Source of the DNA: Lingula anatina
Taxonomy: Eukaryota > Animalia > Brachiopoda
Length of the DNA stretch: 64,000 bases
Reading direction: 5' to 3'
Assembly (NCBI GenBank): GCA_051362555.1
Contig: CM120641.1
Coordinates: 31,502,401 to 31,566,400 of the forward strand
A program made the position numbers and the translations under genes. Of this stretch, positions 53,213-64,000 are shown piece by piece (the first letter of the stretch is position 1; the number at the start of each line of letters is the position of its first letter). The notes under the pieces are model-generated. The model searched no databases. It saw only the letters and a list, made by a program, of their open reading frames with translations, and had not been told where the DNA came from.

Positions 53213-55411
53213 AATTGTACCACCAGCGTTGGCGCTGGCAGTACACATGGTTTTAGTCCCGTCCCGATAGTTCCGCCGGCTCCGCTGCCATGTTACCATT
53301 ACAGCTTCTCCTCCTAGACGGTAAGGGCCTCCGTGCCCATCTCTTGGATTTAGGTCACCTACAATCTCAACTCGTTCCACGTAAAATTTAGGTTTTGTCG
53401 GTATTAGGGTCTAGGTGTGGCACTCATTGCAATGCACCCTTGTCCAAAAATGGCAAAATTAAATGCTAATTATCTACCCTATGGAAGGAATTATGGGAAA
53501 AATTTCTACGGACGGCTGACAGAAAGTCATTTCAAATATGCCCTTGGATTTGACCTTTGACCTTTATTTCAACCAATAATATTGTTGGAAAGTGTTACTC
53601 TTTGGGTCATCTTTCATCTCCGTGAATTTGGGGTCAATCGGTGCATTTTCACGGGAGTAGCAGCCATAAGATACCAAAACTGAAAACTGTTCGGGAACCG
53701 TTAATGCTAGAGACCCATTCTTTTTTGCATTTTGTAGAGCATGTAAAGCTGATGGTGGTTTTTTGTATTCCATACGGTTTTTCGAGTTATGCTGTATCAA
53801 AAAGTACATTTTGGTGGTGAAAGCAAAATGTGCAATACGGTAATGGATAATAAATATTGAACTCCGTGAAAATAAAACATAAGGCTTGGTGAGGCAGACA
53901 ACTTCTGGTCAAAAATGACATTATTTCATGCAATTTGAACATCTGGTACTTCTGAGCACCTCCCATTTGAAGAATTTCAACCAAAATGACCTTTTCTTTA
54001 TTTTAATTAATTTTTTCTGTAGAAAATTTATGGCACATTATTGTAACTCCAAAATTGTAACATTTAGTCCCTTATATCTCCAAAACTGGCAGAGATAGGT
54101 CCATACACACTATTAAAGTTGAATAGGAAGTCACATACTGGCAATTTAACTGTGACCTTGAAATTGACCTTTGACCTACTTTTCACCGTGAACTGAACTT
54201 TGCAACATTTAAGTCCCTTATATCTCCAAAACTGGCAAAGAAATGCCCAAAGTTACTACTGAACTTGAATAGGAAGTCATTAGAGGCAATTTATTGTGAC
54301 CTTAAAATTGATCTTTGACCTACTTTTCACCATGAACTGAACTTTGCAAATTTTGGTTCCCTTTTATCTCCAAAACTCGCAGAGATAGGTCCATAGTTAC
54401 TATTGAACTTGAATAGGAAGTCATATACTGGCAATTTAAGTGTGACCTTGAAATTGACCTTTGGCCTACTTTTCATCATGAATTGAACTTTGCAAATTTT
54501 CATTCCCAGAGATAGGTCCATAGTTACTATTGAACTTGAATAGAAAGTCATATACTGGCAATCTAACTGTGACCTTGAATTTGACCTTTGACCTACTTTT
54601 CATCATGAATTGAACTTTGCAAATTTTGGTTCCCTTTTATCTCCAAAACTGTCAGAGATAGGTCCATAGTTACTATTGAACTTGAATAGGAAGTCATATA
54701 CTGGCAATTTACTGTGACCTTAAAATTGACCTTTGACCTATTTTTTTACCATGAACTGAACTTTGCAAATTTTCATTCCCTTTTATCTCTAAAACTGGTA
54801 GAGATAGGTCCATAGTTACTATTGAACTTGAATAGGAAGTAATACACTGGCAAGCTAACTGTGACCTTGAAATTGACCTTTGACCTACTTTTTAAGATGA
54901 ACTGCTTTTTGCATGTTTTCTGGTCTTTAAATCTGCAAAATTGGCAAAGGTTACATTGGCCCATGGTTACTATTGAACTTGAATAGAAATTCATATGCTA
55001 TGATATTAAAATTGACCTTTGACCTTCTTTTTCACCATGAACTGAGCTTTGTATATTTTTATGCCCCTCATATCTTCAAAACTAGCAGAGATGTACCCAG
55101 TGTTGCCCCTAGGTTTTCTCTTTTGTCAGCATATATGCACCACTGACAACACATTTCAAGGAAAACCAATAGGCCTTTTGTCTAGAGAATTACAGGAGCG
55201 AAAATAGGTCTGCTTGATTGTACCATTTTTAGTTATATTTTTTTGCATATCTTGAGAACTCTTGTTGATTGCATTTTATAGAGCTTGTCAAGCACAAGAC
55301 TGGTGGTGGTGTCCCTTTTTTTTTGGGGGGGGGGGAAGGGTTCCATACAAATGCGCTTACTCCAGCTGGCACAATATTCGGAGGTGGTATCGCCTCTCTG
55401 ATCCTCTAGTT
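53213..55411 (-). mobile_element. HINE family A copy with expanded internal array
   Basis: Reverse complement of the ends of 2354-3897; about 7 core units at 54050-55080; partial extra copy at 52620-53070. Confidence 0.7.
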
Positions 55412-56907
55412 AGCATTAGAGGAATTTGTTCTAGAAAGTTTCGAACTTTGTATCATGATTGTAGGGCGATCATTCACTGGAGATAAATTCAACAAACTCT
55501 TCAAACAAGGCAGGTAGAAAAGTGGCAATGAGAGTAATTCGCTAGGTTCTGGTTCTATTTGTATCACCTTAGTCTCTGTCACGGGAATCCTGACCAGTGA
55601 GAATGGCTGAATAACTCGAGATCTAAGCAGTCGATTCCTGTCATTCAACACACAAAATAAATTATTCTGGGAATGTTATGAATTCTTTGCATTCCTGCAA
55701 GTAAGGCAGTTTTCTATCTTGATGAATGGTGATAGCTTTCAATTCCTCGTGATTGGTGATTGACCTGAATATATCTTCATGATTGGTGATTGACCTGTTT
55801 TAATTCTTCGTGATTGGTGATTAAGGGGGGTGATTATACTGCAAATCTAACTGTGACCCTGAAATTGACCTTTGACCTAATTTTCACCATGAACTGAGCT
55901 TTGCAAATTTTCTATCCCTTATATCTAAAAAACTGGCAATATTTTCACTTTTTTTCAAACTTATTGTTCTTTTTCCAGATGAGCCTTTCCATTAGACACA
56001 AACAACTTTTAAATCCAACTTTATCAAAATTATTAATGTTTAGCTATTTTAGTCTGATAAATTTATCACTTTTTAAAATTTAATTTCCATTTTTTTAAAT
56101 ACATTGTAAATTTCTCTTCCAGGTGACCTTTTCCATACAGTGTGGTGGCTTTTTTGGTGAACTGATTCTTCCTGTCTGGTCATGGCCAATTCCTATAGAA
56201 AAAACAGGCAGCAAAAGACAACAGCAAGAGCAATAGTCTGTTCATCCACATGTACAATAGATGGTATATGACAAGCTTTTAGACATTGTCAAATGGTGTG
56301 CTAAACTCCGATTCCAGAAATTGATTGTAAGGAAGAATCTGCATCTGGTATTGGTAGTAAGGAGAAGTCTTGAATGGGTATATATTGTTTTCCAGAGGAC
56401 AGTTATGGGTAATTTGTCACCTCTTACACAAACAAACTCAAATCATAACATTTGATGTTTAATATGAGGCTAATTAGATGTTGTGAAATTGAAAAAAAAA
56501 AATGAATTCGATAATTCTCACTCTTCTCATACAAATTGTCGATAAGCTACACTTCTATTACACACAGTCAGCTGATAAGCTTATAACAGATTTTCATTGA
56601 TGTTAAGCATGATTTGTACAAATTTCACAAATGTTGGACAAGATTTGTCAAAATCATTAAAGTCATAATAACTCTTCATTTTGGCCAAAAATTGGATTTT
56701 CCTGGAGTAAACGGCAATTTTCCCGTACTTACCAATGGTCAGCGACCCCATTCCTGCATTCAAAGTTAATCCAGGCTTTTTTTCCTAAACGTACGGTTTT
56801 TTGTTAAAGTCTCTTAAGAGATTTTAACTGACAGAGCTCCCTTTGACATCGCATAGTCACTGTTGACCTACTTAAAACTGCGGGAAAAGCAGACAACAAC
56901 AACACTA

Positions 56908-59900
56908 CGGTAAAGCGCCATGAATTTCGAACGGCTCTTGAATTTCGAACGATCTTAAAATCGGCCGTCTGGAGTTTTTTCTGGACCGTGAATTTCGGCC
57001 AGTAAGCAATTTTGCGCGATCTTGATTTCGTGAATTTCGTACACCTTAAAATCGGCCACCGGGCTATTCTCGCGCTTATAAAACAGACATGCTGAAAACT
57101 TTTCAGAACTGCCGGACATTCGGACCGGCAGTGATGAAAACTTTGCCGGACCGAATGGACTTTTGCCGGACCGAAAATGTCCATTCAGTAATGGAAATGT
57201 TGTGTTTGCATAGTAGTACACAGAAGTAACTCTTGTAAATACATATTCAGTAATACTATTAAATAATTTGGACATGTTGTAAATTTAAAAAAAAAAACAA
57301 AAACACACACTTGTGAAGCACTGCTTTATTGTTGTACTCATTTCACAAGTTCCAGGGTTCATACAGGCCTTTAGAAGAGCTTGATTTTGTTTCTTCCTTT
57401 GAAAGTCCTTGAATTTCACACTTAGTCCTTTGTCCTTTAATTCAATAGTGCACGTACGGCTTAAAAAAATTCATCATATATTTCACATCCCTGTCATAAA
57501 TTTAGGTTAATTATAAATTTTATCATGATCAATTTCTCAAAAAAATTAATATTGTTTCAAATTGAAATGAATTTGATAAAAAGTTAAATGAAAAAAACTC
57601 ATTTCCACTGTTCAACAGTAGCAAAATTTGCTCTTGGTCAATTTCTCCTTTCCTTGAAAATAATTTGCAAATTTTGATGCTACACAAACAGTAAAGATTG
57701 TAGTCCGAATGGGAGTGCCAATGCATGAAACATGCTAGCCACTTCACTGTATCTGTCTCATCTGCATGGAAACGAACGGCTTCCTGGTCAGGACTCGACG
57801 ATATCATAATCTAAAATAATAAAAATGTACATGCTGATAATATGAAAACTGTAACTGGTACTGGTAACAGGTATCGCGTTTATGCTTACGGGATATTTAA
57901 AATCTGTGAACCATTATGTTCATACACCACGGATCGAGTTTTTTCGGTAGGTTCGAGGAAGCGACCGAACTGTCAAACTTTTTTTACGTAAAACGTCGCA
58001 ATGCGGAAGGCACTGCCGCGTATTAGCTGAATGCAAACGAAAGTACCCATTAGTTAAATATCGTTACAATCACCATTGATTACGCATAATATTCAGTCCT
58101 ATAATTCTGAAATCGTTTTTACTGAGTGAATCGGGTGACCTCATTTCCATGTAGGCTACTATCAACGCTTTTTTCTCCCTAAAAGAACGAATAACGATGT
58201 ATACGTACCTTCGAAGGTCAGGCGTCATTATCCTTGGTTCCTATATGAATAATTGTTCTTGAGAAAGGAGTCAGGCGTCCAAGTTAAGCAGTAAACATTT
58301 TTTCCTGCATGTTTACATGTGCTTGGCAGCGTGGACCGCCCTCGTGATAGCTGTCTGTGTGTCGCGGCCAATAAACCAATGACGGGGCGCGTAATTATCG
58401 AGAGCAGGGGGATTCCCCATGGGGAAGAACCCATTCGTTTGAGAGAGGGATAATACGATTGGCTAGCGTACTTTGTAAGTGAATGTGACCGAAATGTGGT
58501 CATTTTTACGTGTCACTAGATTAGTAAATGGAAGAAAAAATGATGTGGATTTTATATAATTTTATTTCTGAAGCACATCGAACGCTAACTGTTAATTCAA
58601 AATGGCGGCTCTTAAAACTCTTGTCGGTCCTTTGGACCGACAAAGTACAATATTTTACCGGTCCAGACAAATTTTGCCGGTCATGACCGATCGGACCGAC
58701 AGTTTCAGCATGTCTGATAAAGATCTAACAGTCGGCAATGTTGCCCTAGCGTACCTTTACCTGAGTACTACGTGTGCGGCCCAAGGTGCAAGATAACGAT
58801 CAGTACAGTTAGTTTAGGACGCTAAACAACATCGTCATATCTATTCATTCAGATAACAGGAGAATCTATTAAGAGTTGTACTGTCGGGCTGTTGTTTCTT
58901 TACCGCAGTATTTGGTGTGAGATAGCAATCGGTAGTTTTGCTGAGGCGCACAATAGCATTGTTAACAGTAGAGACTTCAGTAACAGCACAAAAGAGCAAA
59001 ATTAAGAGCTGCAATAAAGATAACCATTATTGCTTTCTTGTCTCGCTCAGATCGTTCACGATCTCCCGCTGACGATCTTCCGGTAATGAAGTCCCTTGAA
59101 ATGTACAAATGAAATGAAAAATATTTTTAAAAATTATAAATTCCAATTGGGAGGGATGGAGGGTTAAAAACAATCGAGAACGATCTCCGGCTGACGCTCT
59201 TCCGCAAACGAAAGCCACTGAACGAGTATGAGCTTTCTCGTTTCACTCGGATTGCGACGCTGACGATACGAAAATTGCGTTTTCGTCTCGCCCTTTGGCT
59301 TACAAGGTCTCTTTAACAAATATGAAAATTGCCTCCTGGTTTCTCTCGGATTGCGAACGATCTCTCGCTGAAAATTTGAAATTTTCCTTTTTGACAATCA
59401 GCTTTGTCAGTTGCCGTGCGTATGGAGGTCCGGAAGGTGTCCCCTTTCACAAATTGGCCTGTAGTTTGCTTAGTGTTTTGTACCGCATGAAGGTCACTCT
59501 TGTCACTGCTGCATACGGCGTGGAATGTGTATCTTAAAGTTCATAGAAACATATTATTGTGTTTTGTAAGCTTTAGGAAGTAGTTTCGTCGTGACTGAAT
59601 ATCAGCGTACACTACAAAGTAGTACCATTCATCTGTGACGCATCATAAAAGCTAGGTACGTCAAATTACTCTAAGAAAATTTCTTACAACGTCCACGGCT
59701 GTCCCGACAAGCCAAGATGTCATTAAAAAAAAGTCGCAAGCCGACTAGCCGTCTTTGAAAATATAGGCTGTCCGGTGATGTCAGCGGCCGTCCAAATGAC
59801 GGCTGGACGGTTCGCTGGGAAAAGCCTTGCTCATAAGGGTATATTTATTTAACTAGGGGCTTACTGACATCACCCAGCTTACATGCGGGTGCATGCCTCC

Positions 59901-61372
59901 CAAAATTATATTAAAGGATAAAATTGTAATATATCTAAGTTTAATTGTTTGTAAATTTTGTAAAAATTGCCCATACCACCCCATTAGTTTGGAGGGTTAT
60001 GCTGGATCAAGTCCGTGTCAAAATTCTTTGAAGCTTTGCAGGAAAAATCAATCTTCCTTTGTTTCTCTGGCTCCTTGTTTAGCCCGATGATCAGATTTAT
60101 CTAGTGCCCCCAGGTCTGCTGGAGCAGCTCTTTGAAAATAACACACAGGTAGATTTTTATCTGAGATAAATATCACGTTCGATACACTCAAGACAAAAGC
60201 TACCTGTGAGCTGAAGGGCACTTTACCCTCTAATTAAGAGGTAAAGCAAGTTGCAGCTAGATGGACGATTAAGATCGGACTTCAGATGGTAACTAGTATT
60301 GTTTACCTCAGTTCTGTGAAAGCAAACGAGAAGGGTGTCAGAACAATGGTGCATATATAAATTATACAGAGAATTTGTACATTCAGGTGACATTAACTTA
60401 TAATGGAAGGGGATTTTCGATAATATTCCTTGAAAAGTACACTAGATTTGTAGAGAATAATATCATGGTTGGCCAAAAAATTATATACACACAGTGTATC
60501 CGTGCGTATGCCTGGTTACGCCCCTGTCGCAAACCAGCAAACCATACCCTGCTGACTACATGAAAATTGCCTTCTAGCATGGACAAAAAGTCCAAGCTTC
60601 TATGCTTGCCCGGATCGCTGACGATCTCTTGCTGATGAATATAGTAACGAAGTCCCTTGAACTAGTGTGGAAATTGGCTTATTGTCAAGGGAAGGCTACG
60701 TATGCGTCGGAGACACCGACCCGCGAACGGCGAGATGAGGACGCATTCGCGCGTAAAGCTCCACCCGACTTTAACGGTAAAGGCAACGAACCTGGTTGCG
60801 GAAGACACTTATCGCAGATGAAGGCTACCTGCAAGTGCGCTATAGACACTGATCGGCTGTCGTCTCGGTTTCAGTGCACCGAAAGGAGCAACGGTAACAA
60901 TAAGCTTCCATAGTAAAGGTTATCTGGCCGTGGCAGACGCTAATCGTCGGCCGTCTCTCCCTCCGTCCACTGAGCGCCAGGATCGTTTTTGAAAAACGAC
61001 ACTTGTTTCTGGCTGCCAGAGTCGCTTTTGAAAAACGACACTACTGATAACGATACTGTTTTGCGGCCCTAGACAACAGTACCGCTCTATCTATGGGCCA
61101 TACACAGTGATCGGGTGAAAGTACGTGTATACCTTTGGTCGCAATTACCGACACTCACACATCATACATTATGGTAACTCTAAATAGATCGTCGGGAGAA
61201 GATAACAGAAGGCCTAGCGACGAACAGACAACTTCCGGTCAAAATTGACAGAATTCCATGAAATTCGAACTTTCGGAAGTTCTGAGCACCTCCATTTCAT
61301 GAATTTCGGCCAGAACGATCTTTTCCCAAATTTAATTATTTTCTACTGTTCGAAATTCATGGCACATTACCG
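56908..61372. mobile_element. TA-target TIR element nested in the Kolobok-like element
   Basis: TIRs CGGTAAAGCGCCATGAATTTCGAAC / GTTCGAAATTCATGGCACATTACCG flanked by TA. Confidence 0.75.
57084..58716. mobile_element. Non-autonomous hAT-like element (third nesting level)
   Basis: TIRs CAGACATGCTGAAA / TTTCAGCATGTCTG and sub-terminal CGGACC repeats; TSD not clean. Orphan left end at ~20784. Confidence 0.65.
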
Positions 61373-61762
61373 TATATAAGATTCATGAGACATATTTGTC
61401 TTTTTGTTAAAAATACATTAATATCCACAATGTGTGCCATTCTGGGCTTTTCGTTATCCGACGCACTGTACAAAAACTCGCAACTTACGTCTGCGTCTGC
61501 ATTAATGCGTTTGGCGCCATATGTTATTTTGGTCTCGAATGAACGCGAGAATCTGCGTGACACCATTACGTCATTAGCAACGAATGCCTTGATGACCAGG
61601 AAGAAAAGCATCGAAAGCCCTATTGACAACCACAGATTTTAGTTTTACTACAATAACGGCCGTTTTAGTGGTAAAATACAATAGAATATATTTCCATGCG
61701 TTGTTTACAATGTATTTCATGCGGAATTTTGAATCTCAAAGGAAGAGTTATTATTGCTTTAA

Positions 61763-64000
61763 CGTTTAACTATTTTATGCCATGAAATTTGCCAGTCTTT
61801 TCAATGAAATTTTCAGTTTTCTCCAAATTATATGCTCTGAAAATATTTTTCCATGAGACACAGTCAGCTGATAGCTTATCACAGATTTTTATTGCAGTTA
61901 TGCATCATCTATCCCAATTTCACAAATATTGGACAAGTCTTTTCAATGTAATTTTCAGTTTTGTCAAATTTATATGTTCTGAAAAAGTCTTTTTCATTGG
62001 ACATTGTCAACAGTTGTGGTTTTCACAGATTTTTATTGTTGTTGAGTATGATTTGTACAAATTTCACAAATATTGGACGAGATTTGTCAAAATTATTAAC
62101 GTTTAACTATTTGAATCATGGAATTTGGAAGTCTTTTTAATGTAATTTTTAGTTTTCTCTAATTTATATGTACTGAAAATATCCTTTTTATAAGACACAG
62201 TCAACTGTTGAGGTTAACTTTATCAAAATGATTAATGTTTAACTATTTTAGTCTGTGAAATTTGTCAATTTTTAAAATTTAATTTTCACTTTTTTCAAAT
62301 TTATTGTTCTTTTTCCAGATGACCTTTTCCATACAGTGTGGTGGCTTTTTTGGTGAACTGATTCTTCCTGTCTGGTCATAGCTAATTCCTATAGAAAAAA
62401 CAGGCATCAAAAGACAACAGCAAGAGCAATGGTCTGTCTCATCCACGTGTACAATAGATGGTATGTGGCAAGCTTTTAGACATTGTCAAATGGTGTGCTA
62501 ATCTCCGATTCCAGAAACCGATTGTAAGGAGGAATCTGCATCTGGTATTGGTAGTAAGGAGAAATCTTGAATGGGTATATATTGTTTTCCAGAGGACAAT
62601 TATGGGTAATTTGTCACCTCTTACACAAACAAACTCGAATCATAACATTTGATGTTTAATATGAGGCTAATTAGATGTTGTGAAATTGAAAAAAAGTTTT
62701 CGATAATTCTCAGTCTTCTCATACAAATTGTCAATAAGCTACACTTCTATTACACACAGTCAGCTGATAAGCTTATAACAGATTTTCATTGATGTTAAGC
62801 ATGATTTGTACAAATTTCACAAATGTTGGACAAGATTTGTCAAAATCATTAACGTTTAACTATTTTATGCCATGAAATTTGCCAGTCTTTTCAATGTAAT
62901 TTTCAGTTTTCTCCAAATTATATGCTCTGAAAATATCTTTTCCATGAGACACAGTCAGCTGCTAAGCTTATCACAGATTTTTATTGCAGTTATGCATCAT
63001 CTATCCCAATTTCACAAATATTGGACTAGATTTGTCAAAATTATTAATATTTAACTATTTTATTCCATGGAATTTGCCAGTGTTTTCAATGTAATTTTCG
63101 GTTTTCTCCAATTCATATGCTCTGAAAAATCTTTTTCATGAGACATAGTCATGTGATGAGCTTATCACAGATTTTTATTGCTGTTATGCATCATCTGTCC
63201 AAATTACACAAATATTGGACAAGATTTGTGAAAATTATTAACGTTTAACTATTTTAAGGCACCGCATTCGACAGTCTTTTCAATGTCATTTTCAGTTTTC
63301 TTTGGACATTGTCAACTGTTGTGGTTTTCACAGATTTTTATTGTTGTTGAGTATGATTTGTACAAATTTCACAAATATTGGACGAGATTTGTCAAAATTA
63401 TTAACGTTTAACTATTTGAATCATGCAATTTGGAAGTCTTTTTAATGTAATTTTTAGTTTTCTCTAATTTATATGTACTGAAAATATCCTTTTTATAAGA
63501 CACAGTCAACTGTTGAGGTTAACTTTATCAAAATAATAAATGTTTAACTATTTTAGTCTGTGGAATTTGTCAATTTTTAAAATTTAATTTTCACTTTTTT
63601 AAAATTTATTGTTCTTTTTCCAGATGACCTTTTCCATACAGTGTGGTGGCTTTTTTGGTGAACTGATTCTTCCTGTCTGGTCATAGCTAATTCCTATAGA
63701 AAAAACAGGCATCAAAAGACAACAGCAAGAGCAATGGTCTGTCTCATCCATGTGTACAATAGATGGTATGTGGCAAGCTTTAAGACATTGTCAAATGGTG
63801 TGTTAACTCCGATTCCAGAAACCGATTGTAAGGAGGAATCTGCATCTGGTATTGGTAGTAAGGAGAAATCTTGAATGGGTATATATTGTTTTCCAGAGGA
63901 CAGTTATGGGTAATTTGTCACCTCTTACACAAACAAACTCAAATCATAACATTTGATGTTTAATATGAGGCTAATTAGATGTTGTGAAATTGAAAAAAAA
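61763..64000. repeat. ~1.3-kb tandem repeat (macrosatellite-like), continuing from 55950-56656
   Basis: GACCTTTTCCATACAGTGTGGTGGC at about 56125, 62321 and 63626; runs off the window end. Confidence 0.9.

Larger units (their letters stand above)
56661..61758. mobile_element. Kolobok-like element carrying nested insertions
   Basis: Same TIRs as 1584-2217 with TTAA TSD; uninterrupted site AAAATCATTAACGTTTAAC in the paralogous unit at ~62842. Confidence 0.85.

Overview
AT-rich, repeat-dense eukaryotic (metazoan, probably invertebrate; inference) genomic DNA with no intact host gene. The only long coding sequence is a young, full-length Ty3/Gypsy LTR retrotransposon on the minus strand (12815-18187). 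Its fused gag-pro-RT-RNaseH-IN frame is broken by a single 1-bp deletion. The element is unusual in three ways: 114-bp LTRs, TA...TA rather than TG...CA termini, and no tRNA primer-binding site. The 11 nt right after the 5' LTR are instead perfectly complementary to a sequence inside its own LTR, suggesting self-priming in a non-chromodomain lineage. That self-primer sequence begins at a TTTCAG motif that could be an initiator or a 3' splice/trans-splice acceptor. The rest is a mosaic of non-autonomous DNA transposons (Kolobok-, P-, TA-target-, hAT- and Helentron-like), a 2.1-kb solo-LTR-like element with internal arrays, minisatellites, a large inverted duplication, a tRNA-Gly pseudogene and scattered minus-strand exon relics, one resembling ARPC2. 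All calls come from reading the sequence by eye; no searches were run.
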